This document shows positions 1 to 13,900 of a stretch of DNA of 64,000 nucleotides, one piece after another. Origin of the DNA: Catajapyx aquilonaris. Lineage: Eukaryota. The translations under genes were made by a program, and so were the position numbers. The notes under the pieces were generated by a model. It searched no databases, was not told the DNA's origin, and saw only the letters and a program-made list of their open reading frames with translations. The stretch lies in the NCBI GenBank assembly GCA_000934665.2, contig KZ538104.1, positions 62,001-126,000 of the forward strand, given 5' to 3'. Position 1 is the first letter of the stretch, and the number at the start of each line of letters is the position of its first letter.

Positions 1-3000
1 GGTAGGTGGCCAGGCGGTGGGGGCAAAAACAAATAAAAAGTATAATATAAAAAAAGGAGCAACTGTTCATAGCCGGCTGCCAAACTGGTTGGGCTGTCTT
101 TGCATGTGTGCAGGGATATCACGTGATGGCACATATCACGCCTACTTCTGACTATGCCTAAGCCAATAGGATTTTCAGTACTTGCCTTTCTCTGACTTCA
201 TGGGGCCCCACCGGAATGAAAATCCTCGAGTGGGCACCACAAATGAGGTTTTAAATATAGACATGTTTTTTTGGAAAAGGGGGGAGTGGGAGGAGGCAGA
301 GTGTATATAGAGCCGTTTTCTTGGAGTTGTAATTATAAACCGTGATTAACGATTTGGTCCCGGTTGTAATCTGCGTGCCGGTTGTCACTGTCTCACAGAC
401 TCATCATCAAATATTTTTAATATTAAAAATATATAAATAACCTGGTGTTCCACTCATTCTGTCTCCTTCTGGTTCTAAATACAGTTACGCCAAGTCGATA
501 ATTATAACACTTACTTATGGAGCAGGGTTATCCATAATGAGCAGTCCACTCAGAACAAACCATGTGTTTTGTTTTACAGTTAATAATAATAATAATAATA
601 ATTACATACCTTCATCGCATTTTCTCCTATAAGGAGCATAGTCAGAATAATTGTGTGATTTTATAAAGGGGGTTAACTTGCGTCGCTTTCATGGTAACTA
701 ACTGCTCATTATGATCAACACCAATTCAATCATTTTACATATTATTATTGTAGAGGATGACTCTAATGTTTGGACACATGAAATACGAGTAATATTGTAT
801 TGTTGGTTGACAATTGGTATTCTGGCAACCAACTGTGTTTCCAGACCTTAAAGTCACCCTGTAGTAATGAATTCAGGTGATTTTAGAAATGAAACATTGC
901 AGAAAAGTACAGGCCCATGTATACCATTTTTGCAAAAGTCCATTTTCAAGGAGAGACACGTATAACAAAAACCAGCACTCGAAATTTTTTGTCCTCTATC
1001 CACACTATTTTCTGCAGCTTCGAGTGGACAACCCTTTACATCAAGAGCCGATCATTTCTCAAGGAATTCCGTCCGGGATTTCCTTGTGATTACCTCTCCG
1101 ATATAGGCACGTGGGATTCCCCGGTGTGCATGATGCCGGTGCGTTGACCACTCGTCGGTTACTATATATCCCCCACCCCCTCCCCATTGGCACTTCCTAG
1201 AAATACAGTGTCAGAAAGTCGATAAAAGGTTGCAGTCATGGCAATTTCGCCTGTGGGGGGTTGAAAGTCAGTTGGGCCTGCGAAAAAAAAAGTTAAGTCC
1301 CGGAACATTGAGAACTCCGGTTTTTCAATGGAGGTTTGCTGGTGGAAGGAATATCGAGTGATTCCTGCCCGATTCCCTCGGTGCGTGAGGGTTTTTGTAT
1401 ACCTTCCGTCCGCCCACTTTTTATAGTTGAATGTACACCAAACTCGCGGTGGTCCTTTTTGCGAAAACCCCTCCGCCCCCTCCTATACCCCTTCCCCGTC
1501 TTTAGAAGTGGCGGAGTAAAGGCTTCTGGCTCCCGGAAAAGGCAATTACAAGAGTGCAGGGCTGGGTTTCTCTGGTGGGGAGAGGCGAAAAAGGATATGG
1601 AAGCCGCTTACCCACTGGCTTCCTGCCCATGAAAAGCCTTCCCGAGTTTCCTTTTGACAAGGCATCATGGCCAAGGAGATGGAAAATTTTCTTCCCAGGG
1701 GGGCCAGACCAAATTTGACTTTTTTTTCCGGAGCTCATGGGGCAGCAAGGAAGGGGTAGAACCCTCCCTGATTTCTAATCTCCGGATACGTATTCGACTC
1801 CTCTACTTGCTGGGGGATTCAACACTTTTCTGCCAACTATGTCTGCGGGCGGTTCATTAAAACCGAAAGTTTGCAATATTTTTCTTATGTTTGTATTCGG
1901 TGCCAGGAGGGGATGGGGGGTACAGGGCGGCACCGGCGAACTCTTTGCCCTGTAAATACCCCGTAAACCTTGATTAAATCGCGTTAGGTGCGAGCGAACG
2001 CGTATCCAGATTGGGAAGTTCACGCCAATTTGTTTGTTTTAAATTCGGATGCATATTTATTAAAATTTAGTTATGCACCAAAACTGTGCATGCAAATTAA
2101 GATGTAATTAATGTTTTGATGTTCACAAACATTTAAAAAATTGCGATTTTATCAATTACTGTACTGGATGGCGCATAAAAGAGGGAAAAAAACAACTCAT
2201 GTCGACATAATTATGTTGACATCAGGTCTCATAAGGATATATCAATTTCAATGCTTCCAGAGCGGGTTGCTGAAGTAAACAAATTATTTTCCTGAATTGC
2301 GGATGTAGGCAATATGCTTTTGCATCGATACGCCGTACAAATTCTCAATGACTTGATGTGCCCCACCCTGTACACTTGAAGCGATTTTTTTTCCCCTTCA
2401 TTTCCACTCGACCGGATCCGCCCTCTGGGAAACTGATTCTATTTGGAGGCAACCCATTTCCATGTGCATTAGGAAACTTGGCGAAGATTGAATTTTTGCA
2501 CATGTGCTCCACCTCCATCCCCCTATAGCGAAAAACTCCAACCCTTCTCTCTCTGTGTGCCGTACATGCGAATGAGGCAAAAGGGGGTCTGCCGAGCATA
2601 TAGTTGCAGGCCTTGTATCGATCAATTTGTGCTTGAACCAAGATGGTGCCAGCACAAAAGTCTGGCCGATCAGCAATATCGGTCTTTTGTCACGTTATCT
2701 TTCCGGGATGTCAACCTTCCTCCCGGAGTTAGTTTTTGGTCCTCCCCCCCACCCTCCAGCAGCAACCTCTTTTCACAATGGTACTTAAAACCAGAATGAT
2801 CGGCGCTTTCATAATGTATGATGTCATTTTGGACAGCTACTCCACTGATGAATGCGTTTCTCCAGTCCCTCCAAAATCGTTATGACTCTTGAAAGCTCAG
2901 GAGATTGAGTCAAATCTCATTCCGGTTCCTTCTATCTCAACTTGAGGGAGAGAGACAACGGATGCTCCAGGCATTGGCCCAGGAGGTACAAAGGTAGCCA

Positions 3001-3054
3001 CAACTTTATTCTTTGAGACAATGCTGCACCTCAGGAGATTTGGTGCAAAGTGAG

Positions 3055-3490
3055 CAAAAATTTACAGAGGAATCAAGCCGACAGAATTTTCTCCAAAAAA
3101 AAATCTGTTCCAAATCCAAAACCCATTGGGCTTGATGGAAGATTATTCTTGTTATTGTTGTGTTTGTTGTCGACAACAGTTGTTGATATGATCATCTCAG
3201 TGTTTGATCTGTAGTCTTCTTCTCAGTCGATTAGAAGAGATGTAAAGGAAAGAGTCAGTGCTCCTGCGCAAAAATTTACAGAGGAATCAATCCCAGAATC
3301 ATTCCTGTCCGACAAAATTTTCGTCCAAGATTCAAAACTAAAAGAGTAAAACATAAATTGAAGCTTGTTATTGTTATGTTTGTTGTAAACAACAGCTGAT
3401 AATACAATCTCAGTGTTTGATCTGTACATGTGCTAAAGTTAGTTTTCTTATCAGTCACCTAGAAGAGATGTTAAAGGAAATAGTCGGAGA
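3055..3490. repeat. Diverged local tandem duplication (two units of about 215-250 bp)
   Basis: caaaaatttacagaggaatcaa at about 3055 and 3268; atctcagtgtttgatctgta and tagaagagatg also occur twice in the same order. Confidence 0.75.
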
Positions 3491-6400
3491 AAAACTCCGG
3501 ACGGATTTCTCCAGGTTGGTGGCAGCGCCCTGAAACAATGAGATTCAACTCAATTTCCGTCCCCGTGCATCTCGAAATATTGTCTTTTATTTCCTGCGAC
3601 GAAAAAGGTACAAGGGGGCGCCCCGATTCCTTTTTTATTTTTCTTACCCCCCTACCCCAATATTTCCCCACGACAAGGGGTCTGTTACACGTCACTTACA
3701 CGCCATAAAAATGTCGGGTTATAAAACAAGGAGTCAAAAGAGGGAAACCTTGAAGAGAAAACCGGGAAAAGGAAACAAGGCGCCGGCCACAATATTCATG
3801 GATAGCCCTGCACCCACTTCTTTTTTTCTTTATTTTTTTGGTATTCTAATACCCCTCCACAACTTTTTTGTGTGTAGTTTTGTGCTAGCCCCTGTTTCAT
3901 CATGTGGCCTGGCTTAAAATGCGCCTTGGGCAGGAAATGGTTGGCAGTCCGTAGGTTTTCGGAGGCCTCCATCTTAGTCCTGTCCAACTGTTTCCTCCAA
4001 TTAGCAGTGCAATTTGTCTCGAGCCGGGCTTGGGTCTGGGGATGCAAACATTGCAAAGGCTCCCAGGATTTCTAATGTTTTGGAGAAGAAGCCAAGCAGC
4101 AGGGAGGAACATGCATCACCTTTTCGCACTTTTCAGCACAGCCTCTCTCGAAGGGTATTGAAAATCACTCTTTGGAGCTCAGAAATACTTTGGGTGCGTT
4201 CTTTTCAAGTTGCTTTTTTTTTGCATATACGTGTCGAATGTTTGAATATGTTTTCTGCCTGTGTCGTATGTACGTGCTTGTCGGAGGTAATTGAAAATGT
4301 AGTACTCTGTGTGTGACTGCACGTCCTTGGCCTGTCGACCTACTAGGGCTCTTTTGAGAACCTCGTTGCGGAGATGAATGCGACAGATTAAATTGTTGCT
4401 CAACTAACAAACACTGAGGCCGGGTGTTAATATTTAATTTCGGCGGTACATTTAGGCCCGACATAATGCGCGTCGCCGATAGTGAGAATTAAGTTCATTA
4501 CACGGAGCGGAACTATGCTTTCACTAAAACTGTCAATTAATAATTATTTTGTTAGAGTGCGAGTGGGATTGATGCCAAGGATGGTCAAATAATTAGTCAA
4601 TGACACGAAGCAATTAATTTATCGTGTCAGCGGCCAGAAGATATGCCAAAAAAAAGTTTCGCCCAAATTAATATTAATGTTGTTGAAAGAGTGCATACTG
4701 CATATTGTTATGATATCAGTGAACTTGATGGTTTTTCAGTAAACAGAATAAGTAGAGCAAAACAGTGCGCATGAAACAAACTAAAAACTTAAAAATTCAT
4801 CAAAAACGGAGAACAGCAATTATGTCACCCACATTTTAGCGACACTTCTGCTTATAATGTGTATTTTTAGAACCGAGTGGTGTTGCTATTAATAAGTGAT
4901 AAGTATATCGCATCAAAAATTGTGGCTGAATTTTCAGCCATGTTGACACGAATTTTGCCGTCTGCAATCTGTACTGATTCCTCGAATTCAATCTGGAGAG
5001 CACCCATTAATTTGCAAAATAAGGCGTATTGTTAAGGCAATTATTCGTTTAATTCCACGAATTAAACCCTGTGTCGCAAGGCATTGATTGCTAAATTGCT
5101 CCCCTCAGTTCTATACGTGCCTGGTATTTTTTTTTTTTTTTCGTTGGGCGATTGCGACGGTCAAGTGAACCCCAAGTGCTTTCTTGTTGAATCAGAGGCC
5201 CGGCCCCCCCGTGTTTGGAGTGTGGTAATGCAGCAGCGCGACTCCCGACTCCTTTCAGGCCCGTTAATTAATTAATTACTCCCCCACTTGAAAGGAGAAC
5301 AAGCGGAATTTATAGGGAGCTGAGCTGACACAAGAGGCGCCGATTATCCGCTCGGATGGTGATTGAATTCAAACTGTTCTTATTCACCTGGCCCCCTACA
5401 GCAAAATCGATGCTCGGACTCGCCTTTTGTTGGTTTGTGTATATATACGAGTAGCCTACTACAGGGTGAGCCCAAATCATCAGTTTCACCACATCGTTAC
5501 CATGCACAATAGAAGCCAAGTTGAATTTGATTAGTTACTCTCTTTTTTTTTCGGAAACTAGATAGAAGAGGGCATGCTTTTTTTTTGTTTAAAAAAACAT
5601 GGCCTCCAGTTCACTTTCCGCGCACGAACTGGACTCTTTTCATCTCCCGAAGCGCAGGCCGTTTCGTAGCCTTGTTTACGAGAAGAGGGCACAATAGGCT
5701 GGGATTCCGACATTGTCTTGGATGGTAGGGGTTGGTAGGGGGGGGGGGGGGAGGTTTACGGCAACAAGCAGGATTCACGCTTTTATGCCGTACTTTCCGA
5801 CGCAATAAAATCTGCTTGCACCAAGTGGGGGGAAGAGTTGGAAATAGATACCTTTGTTTCCAGTTCTGCGGAGCATATCATTCGGAGATTCCAACCCCCA
5901 ATAAAACCCTCATTGCTCCAGGAACGTTTTGGAGGCTGCGAAATCGGCTCAGAGAGATGTGCCAAAAAAAAAAAGACGTAATTGCTCAACTTGCTAAACT
6001 CCGAACTTTTATTTTTTATTTTTGGAGAGGTGGTGCAGTGTGTGTCTTTTTGTTGTCGTTGTCATCCACGGTGTTTACCCAAACGAGGTTTATGACTAGG
6101 ACCGAAAAGGGGGGGCGTTGTGGCGTGAACAATAGTTTGCTGGATTTTCTGAGGCCCCCTTTTCGGAGGGTTAATTGCCAGGTTTAGGCGCAATTGCGTG
6201 CGATATCTGTGGTGCTAGGGGGACATGTTAGTTAAACCGGATTTCCTGCCATCTGGCTGCAGAACTGATATAATTCGGCTTCTCCGTCGCCGGTTGAGGA
6301 AAATATTTTATAAAATAAAATGTTTGCCCACGTTCGGTTGCTATGGCAGAATCCTAATTTTGTCAAGCGCAGATACAATTTCAGATAATTGCGCCCCCTA

Positions 6401-8329
6401 CAATGATGGTCGCAAGTATACATTTTCAAAAAAACAATGCGTAACGCATTCCCTATCAGGCAGGCAATTTGCAAAACCGGATTTATCCCAGGGCTATCTC
6501 TCAGTCTAAACTATGTTGGTACAGCCTTTCCCCATTGTACTTGTGGATCGCTTGGGACAATATGCTTCATGGAGTTGCTGGGGGGGCCCACCTCTCCCAA
6601 AAAATGGTTGACGCCCTTGTTTCGAGGGCCAAAGGGCGTGTCGGTCGTCAGCCGCCAAAATTGGCTGAAAAATAATACATGTAGGGGGGCAGCGGTTCAC
6701 AAAGGCTAACTGCGACAATTATATGGCTCGAGGTCAGCAATATTACGGGACGACCGCAGAAATAGTCCCATATCGATTGGGCTTAGCCAAAAAATTGTCC
6801 AGGCCTATGAGAAAAGGGGCCGTGCAGAAAATTGCCAGAAAAACACCATACCGCTTGATCGAGGCGATACCATTGGAGCACGGAAAGGATTTCCCCCCAA
6901 TTTTTTTTCTTCTTCTACTGTATATAGGGATCAATTCACAAAAATACTGCATGGATTTCACCATGTACGTTTTTTTTTATTATTATTCATCCTTTCTCAG
7001 AAAATAAATAAGAAGATTCGTTTTACAACAAATACGAGATGACAGCATTTTTCATCATGGTCCTGACTAGCATAGCACTGCCGATACCTCAACAAACTGA
7101 CTTTTACACCTTTTATTTTTTAAGTATATCAAGGAGGTCTAAAAAATTGGGTGGCAAAATTTTCCGTCGTTGTATATACTCTGAAGGTTATGTTTAATTA
7201 ATTAATTGATCGGGAGCTATATAAGTATGCACAATACTGTCGCATATCGATAGGTGGGTTTGTTATTTACCCTCTCCCCGAACAGGAACATTGTTGTTGT
7301 CAACACAAAAATTAAGCCCAAGCCAAACAATGCAACTAACCGAATTTCCTTCTTGTATATGCGCCAAAATTATAGTTAACATAATTTTGTGGGTCAGGAA
7401 AACACATTTATTAGTTCAAGCTGCGCAAATATTTTTGACGACATTTTAATGCAATTCTGGTGGATTTGACACATTTTTAAAGCGTAATTATTATCGTGTT
7501 TGCGTACTTGCCCAAGGTTAGGTTATGACAGGTTAGTCAACAGTTCCTATCGGAGAGGCAGTAAACAGCATCCCAAAAGGTGTAATCAAAAGTGTGAACA
7601 TACAATGAAACATCAACAATTCGATACAAACTTGACCAGATGAATTTTGAAGAACAAATAAAAAATATGTTTGCAAAAAAGTGATAAATACACGGGAGCC
7701 AAGTTTTAATGAACAGGACGGTTTCTCTCTTTTTTTTCATCCTCCCCCACAAAAAAATAATAAATAATAAACGCGTGCAGATAGATCACTTTGGGGCCTA
7801 CCGTATAAGCTCGGTGCTCTGAAGATGAAATAGTGTCACAAAAATTGGTTATTTTTTTCTGTTTTTTTCAAATATATCCCCCGGCCTTTAAGAGTCAGTC
7901 TTGAGGGCAAAGAGGGGGGGTATATATTATATACATAGAGTATGTACAGGCTTCGTCAAAATAAAAAAACAAAAAAATCCAAGGCTGGAACGTAACCATC
8001 ACTTTGAACAGTCAGTCTTTTAAGAGGAGGCGGTCCTCCAAGGTGTAGGGCCAATTTAGCCCAAACAAAAAACACAAAATAACACTATCCGACGCGCATG
8101 CTAAGGCCTGGCGCAAATGAGGCGACATCTGACATTGTTGTTCCTTCCCTACTCCCGCAACAATGTCGCCTCGTTCGCGCCAGGCCTAAGACTAACACTA
8201 AAACGTGTTCTGGGTTAGACACACGCGACAGCACAGGGGATGAAAACTGTCCACTTATTTTTTTCCGGGCCAACAACTTGGTACGAAAATAACTGTGAGC
8301 ACTTTTTTTTTATGTATTGTTGTTGTTTT

Positions 8330-10903
8330 TCACACAAAATGCGTCCTGACATGTAGGTCCTCCGGAAGATCCGGCTCCGGAGCTGAAGGTTCCGGATGGT
8401 GGTAGTAGTCCCTGTTGCCGTCTATGGTCATGTATGTGTGGTGAAGGCAACTGGATGGGTTGTACTGGAAGTTGGCTCCGGGCAGCTCTTCTCTCTTACT
8501 GGAACCTCCGGAGATGTAAGAGGATTGGGTGGAAGGAGTGGCCGAAGAAGGGCAGTTTGTTAGAGGATGATGAAGGTGATGGGGGTGATATGACCAACCG
8601 TTCTGGTATTTTGGCTCCTTGTTGTGGAGGACGTTGAGCTGGGTTGGAGGAAAGGTTGGAAGGGCAAGACTGTGCTGGTGGTGGTGGTGGTGGTGGTGGC
8701 GGTGCTTTCTGGATGTCTGGTCTGGTAGAGAGTACCGCAGCTTCTCCCAGAATCGCTTCTCGCGCCAGACCAACGTGGTGCAGTTCTTCAAGTACAGCTT
8801 GACCTCCGCGTCGATCTCGAAATTCTGGACGCTGTCCAGGAGGATGAATATGACGATCCTCTTCTGCTGGTGCAAGGCGGCGTGGATGGCGCTTCTGAAG
8901 TCCAGGTTGGTCCACTCGCACTGGAGGAAGTTCTTGGACAGCACGATGATGATGCGCCTGCACGAGTCCATGGCGCCCACTATTGTGTCCGCAAGGTATG
9001 ACGTCACGGGGAAGTCCCGGTAGTGCAGGCACAGCCGGCAGGAGGCAGTGGAGTCGCCGTTTTCTAGCTCGGAGGCCAGCACTTGGGTGGCAAACTCCTC
9101 GTCCTTCACGCTGTATATCACATAGGCGTCGAACAGCTTGTCGCCGTCTTCCTTATCCGGCGTCTGGCTGCACAGCCTGAGACCATACTGGCTGTGAGCC
9201 CATACCCGAACATCATGCCGGAAGACAAACACCAGAACGCTGACCAGGAACGTGGCCACGAATATGCCCAGGGTGATGACCAGGACTGGCACGTAGCTGT
9301 GGTTGGCCATGTCTTGGGTGACGAAAGTGGCGATGTAATTGTCGCACGAGGTGCTGAAGTTGCCCAAGTACTGAGTCAGCCCTTTGGTGTCATTGGCGTC
9401 GCATCGGACCTGGTCGTAGTCGGACACCTTGTGGTGGTTCTCGGTCAGCCATATTTTGAAGCTGTTTAGGAAGCTGCAGTGGCAGGACCAACGGTTGCCG
9501 GATAAGGACAGGCTGGTCAGGTAAGGGTTGGATGCAAACTGCCAGACGGATATTTCGACAAGGAGGTTTCCGTCGAGGCGGAGGATCTCGAGGGAATGAA
9601 GGTTCTGGAAGGTACCGTTAGCCACGAACGTGATTCGGTTGTCGTTCAGATACAGCTCCTTCAGCTCCTTCAGCTGGTCGAACTCGAACCCTCTCAGGGC
9701 TGGAAGCCTGTTTCCTTCCAGATGCAGGACCCGCAAGGACTTGAGGCCGTTGAAGGTCCGGTTGCCTATGGATTCAACCTCGCTGTTGTTCAGGTACAGC
9801 ACCTTCAGGTTCTTCTTCCCGATGAAGATGTGGCTGCCCATCTCCCATATCTTGTTTCCGTCCAGATACAGCTCGGTGGCGTCCATCGGCAGACGCTGGG
9901 GAACCTCCAGATAGTTGAGTCCCGAGCAGTCCACGATGTTGGCCGTCCAGGGTTCGTCGTGGTAGCACGTGCAGTTGGTCGGACAGGTCATCTCGCAGTC
10001 GCACGCGTCGAAGTCGCAGCAGTGGCACACGGCGAAACAGTGGCTCTCGTACGTGCACAGGAACTGGGACACGCTCGTGTCCAGCAGCGCCTTGTGGCTG
10101 CCCTCTCTGGAGTGGGCCAATCGACACATGACACTGTCCAGGTCCATGACTCGAGGATGCTGTCTCAAGTGGCTCAAGTGGTTGATCCTCTGGAGCCACT
10201 CCATCCTGCAGTCGCAATAAAACGGATTGCCACCAATGTAGAACTCCGGCAACTTCCGATCGTCCTCCACAGGGTGAAGCCTGAGCGCGTTCAAGTCCAG
10301 CGTCTCGAGCGCGTTTGCATACAGCACCACTCGACTCAGATTGGTCTTCTTGAGGAACGCATTTGGCTTGATGGTCGCGATCTTATTGTTGCCCAAAAAT
10401 ACGCTCTCGACACTGTTGGGCAAACTCAGTTCGTCAATCTCCGTCAACTGGTTGAACCCCACGTCCAGCATCTTGATCCTAAGCTGATCCTGAAGATCGA
10501 AGTAGTTTCCGAGATGACTGATCCGGTTGTGATGGAGGTCCAGCCACTCCAGGCTGCTGGGAAGGAAGGAGTAGTCGAAGGAGGTGAGGCGATTGGCGCT
10601 GAGGTTGAGCCAAAGGAGTTTGGGAAGGGCATGGAGGTTGACCTCTTCCAGGGCGTTGGCGTCCAGGCGGAGGGCCTGCAGTTGGGGGCAGCTGACGTCC
10701 AGGGCGCCGGATTCAACTCGACGCAGACCATTGTGGGCCAGGTTCAGGACACGGAGACCAGGAAGCGAACCCAGGACGCCTCGGTCTATGGACACCAGAC
10801 GGTTGGACACCATCCGCAGACCGGCCAGCTGCGGAAGGCCTTTCAACGCGCCGTCTTCAACTCCAGTAATGCTGTTTTCGCCCATATCCAAAGTCTGCAA
10901 AAA
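8330..10903 (-). CDS. Tollo: Toll-like receptor coding exon 2: LRRs, Cys clusters, transmembrane helix, TIR domain, His-rich tail
   Basis: Acceptor ttttttccgtccAG|TTT joins in frame as NLQ|FLQTLDMGEN, a canonical LRR. Contains GGNPFYCDC and CHCCDFDACDCEMTCP clusters, a second LRR block, TM VPVLVITLGIFVATFLVSVLVFVF, and TIR motifs FDAYVIYS, LCLHYRDF, FWEKLRYSLP. Total about 1291 aa. Confidence 0.95.
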   Translation of the reverse strand, partial: FLQTLDMGENSITGVEDGALKGLPQLAGLRMVSNRLVSIDRGVLGSLPGLRVLNLAHNGLRRVESGALDVSCPQLQALRLDANALEEVNLHALPKLLWLNLSANRLTSFDYSFLPSSLEWLDLHHNRISHLGNYFDLQDQLRIKMLDVGFNQLTEIDELSLPNSVESVFLGNNKIATIKPNAFLKKTNLSRVVLYANALETLDLNALRLHPVEDDRKLPEFYIGGNPFYCDCRMEWLQRINHLSHLRQHPRVMDLDSVMCRLAHSREGSHKALLDTSVSQFLCTYESHCFAVCHCCDFDACDCEMTCPTNCTCYHDEPWTANIVDCSGLNYLEVPQRLPMDATELYLDGNKIWEMGSHIFIGKKNLKVLYLNNSEVESIGNRTFNGLKSLRVLHLEGNRLPALRGFEFDQLKELKELYLNDNRITFVANGTFQNLHSLEILRLDGNLLVEISVWQFASNPYLTSLSLSGNRWSCHCSFLNSFKIWLTENHHKVSDYDQVRCDANDTKGLTQYLGNFSTSCDNYIATFVTQDMANHSYVPVLVITLGIFVATFLVSVLVFVFRHDVRVWAHSQYGLRLCSQTPDKEDGDKLFDAYVIYSVKDEEFATQVLASELENGDSTASCRLCLHYRDFPVTSYLADTIVGAMDSCRRIIIVLSKNFLQCEWTNLDFRSAIHAALHQQKRIVIFILLDSVQNFEIDAEVKLYLKNCTTLVWREKRFWEKLRYSLPDQTSRKHRHHHHHHHQHSLALPTFPPTQLNVLHNKEPKYQNGWSYHPHHLHHPLTNCPSSATPSTQSSYISGGSSKREELPGANFQYNPSSCLHHTYMTIDGNRDYYHHPEPSAPEPDLPEDLHVRTHFV

Positions 10904-13900
10904 CTGGACGGAAAAAAATGCAATTTAATAAACGCATTTCTGAATGCGGTCAGGGACTAGCCAGAGTTTCTGACTAATCCTGCAGTTCAAGGTTGGTCTG
11001 CTCGCGTATATTAGAAGGGTGGAAATTCAGCATGTTTCCTCATCATCGCACTGTTGGATGCAAATGTATGCAGATTGTTAACAGCAAGGAGTCTGTTATG
11101 AGACCCGGGACTATTTTCAGGGAGAAATTAGATTACGTAACCCAAAGGATGGCAGTAATCGGCTGCGTTTGTTGTCGAGACAATGCTGCTGGAGGGGGGA
11201 TTCTGCTCACTCGCATTTATAAGCCCTCTCAGTTCATAATAATATCGCGCTTTCCCGCAAAAATCGTTGCCAACTTTCTTAAGTAGATCCGAACGTATAC
11301 CCCTCCGTTTAATTAAGCGTGGTGAGAATACCGCCTGGAATTGTGATTAAGCTTCTGGACGTAAATTATGCGACGCATCCGGAAGCAGAAATTGGCACGA
11401 AATCTTGCTCAAAAACTGACAATTTCGTGATTGTCTACTAACCATGATTATGTCACCATTCATGTGGAAATCGCTATAAGCGAGGTTTCTGCAATTTGTT
11501 TGAATCTAGTTGTCGCAAAAAAAGAGCTGCAATCGCCGTAATGTTTTTCCCGGAAAAGGCGCAACATTCAATTACCATTTGTCAATAGCAGCCCCACGAG
11601 GTTCACACTTCATGTTGTCATACCGCAGCCGAGTACTGTATAAGGGTCGATACTGTAATTTCATGAAGCGACATGTTTATTCAAAGGATGCGTCTGTCGC
11701 CCACAGCCACTTTGTCAAAAAACTAAAAGCATAGTGAACGCTCGGATCAGTTTCAGCACAGTTAACATTTTATATGGGGGCTGCTGTATTTATCTACTTG
11801 TTTTTCTAACACTATTTGTTACGGTATGTAGCTCTTCGCACCAGTACTGCCAAAAAATAGCGTGCTAATATTTTTTTCAACCGTACTTGTTTACCCTTTT
11901 GCTATATGGCAATTATCTATTTTAGAGTGATAATAGACCTTTTTAGAGTGGCTTTCATCGCAAGGACATTTTGCATTTTATTATTATATAAAAATTTCGA
12001 CAGCGAAGTATTGTAGCATGTTACACGCTCTGTGCGCACACTTCATTTTTCTGAAAGCATTTGAAGACCTGAAATTCATATCGATCTAATTTATATTTTA
12101 GTCGAAATCGAGTCAGGGAGTCGTGCAATAGAGTCCTTGACACGTCAAGTCCTTTTTCGGATAGGCTATATCAAGTCGAGTCCCCCAGAGAAATATTCGG
12201 AAACCGAATGAGGGATAATATAATTTTCAAACAGTAAACCTTCCCACATATCAAAATCATTCGACTGTGACTCTGATCATTATGTGTTTTCAGGCCTTCA
12301 ATTTTATGCTTAGTTGTAGACAAATTAAGGCATATATTAGTCGAATATCCTAGCAGTGTGCAAAAACATAATTTTCGCTGACAAAGCTTGTTATAGTTAA
12401 TTTTATGAAACCTCGCCTGGACATTTCAGTTTCATAAATGTAAAAATTATTTACATAATTAAACCAATATATTTGGATTATGCATATCCGCTTATGTGTA
12501 ATGTTCCAGCCAAATATTATTTCTCTCATTTTGCAATTTCCCGTCCATTTTCACTATATTTGCACTCTTCGTGCTTTTTCAGCCATGTGGCATGCAAATT
12601 AAGAGTCATGTGGCTGGAATATTTGTTTAATGATCATATACAGAGTTGATCAGGGTGAATAATAAGGTCAGGCGTACAGTATACACTATGATCATGTTAT
12701 GAAAATTCTAAAATTAGACCGGTTGGCAACAGAGTTGAAGCTAATTATTATATGACGTTATACTTGTTGAGAAAAAGCGGTTTTGAACCTTCATTCACCG
12801 CGGACATGTTGGAATATGTTTATATCTTCCTTTCAATGAATCTAGTACACACGCATTACAAGTAGAATAATCAAGAATCAGTGTCGTCTGGGCCCACAGT
12901 ATATTACGAACATATTATCCTGTATAGTCAATGAGCCTTCTAGTCCAGACAGTCCCCCAAACAAATTGGCTTAGGCTTTTTAAAATGTCTGGCGATTCTC
13001 CTTGGCGTCATGGAAATGCCCTGGAGAATAGCTGATATTACCCTCATTACTGCAGTAATCATTTATTAACTGCCGCCAACGCGCGCTGTCTCCAAATGAA
13101 TGCTGACGAATACTTGTGTATTCCGATAATAATTAGCTTCCTTAGACCTGGAGGTCGACTTGCTCGTTGCTCTTTTTCCTGACGATAATAACATAATACT
13201 GGCCTCTATTATTGAGTATAAGGCGTGTACAATTCAAGCACATTCCGGTCGCATAATCCGGTCGTTTGATTTCTGTCCTGTTACTAGGCCAGTTTAGAAA
13301 GCCATTTTGGACCAGGAGTCGCCGGCCGCTGTAATCCGAGGCCACCGCGCTTATTCGGAATAATTAACTGTTACGCGTAGGCAGTAACTTATATCGCAGC
13401 CTCGCCCTACGCCGTGCAAATTCTGCCCTGTGACAATGGCAATTCTTCATCGCGAATTCTGATATATTTTTTTGCATTGGAGAGCAGGCAGGGAGAGAGA
13501 GAGAGACAACGGGACGTGAATGCAAATGACCTGCAAATGCATTCCTCAGCAATTTCGACAATTTCCATTGCAGTCGTTTCATTTATATGCATTCATTCAA
13601 ATTTAGATATTAGAGGAGGGAGGTCCAAATATTCATTAATGCAAAACAAGAGTCGTCCTTTTTTTTCAAGCTGATGTCCAAAAAATGTATACGTCATGTA
13701 CTGGCCCGACAATTAGTTCCAAGAAATACGAGTACAATATTTTACATTTATATTATTCAGGCAAACCTCTGTATATAGGGTGATTTTTTGTAATTTGGTC
13801 TCCGCAGCCTCGTTACTCAGGTAATTGGTGTGTCTTGCCTTGTCCCAGTTACAGACTGTACGCTGTTACACCTATTCCGATTACAGCAAACGTTTAAATA

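Noticed and set aside
1..8300. Many 60-150 aa ORFs in the Toll flanks and intron
   Set aside because: No domain similarity, codon bias or coherent splice pattern.
9596..10960. 454-aa plus-strand ORF and other ORFs antisense to the Toll exons (also 22311-23582)
   Set aside because: Shadow frames expected from GC3-rich Leu/Asn codon usage; no recognisable domain.
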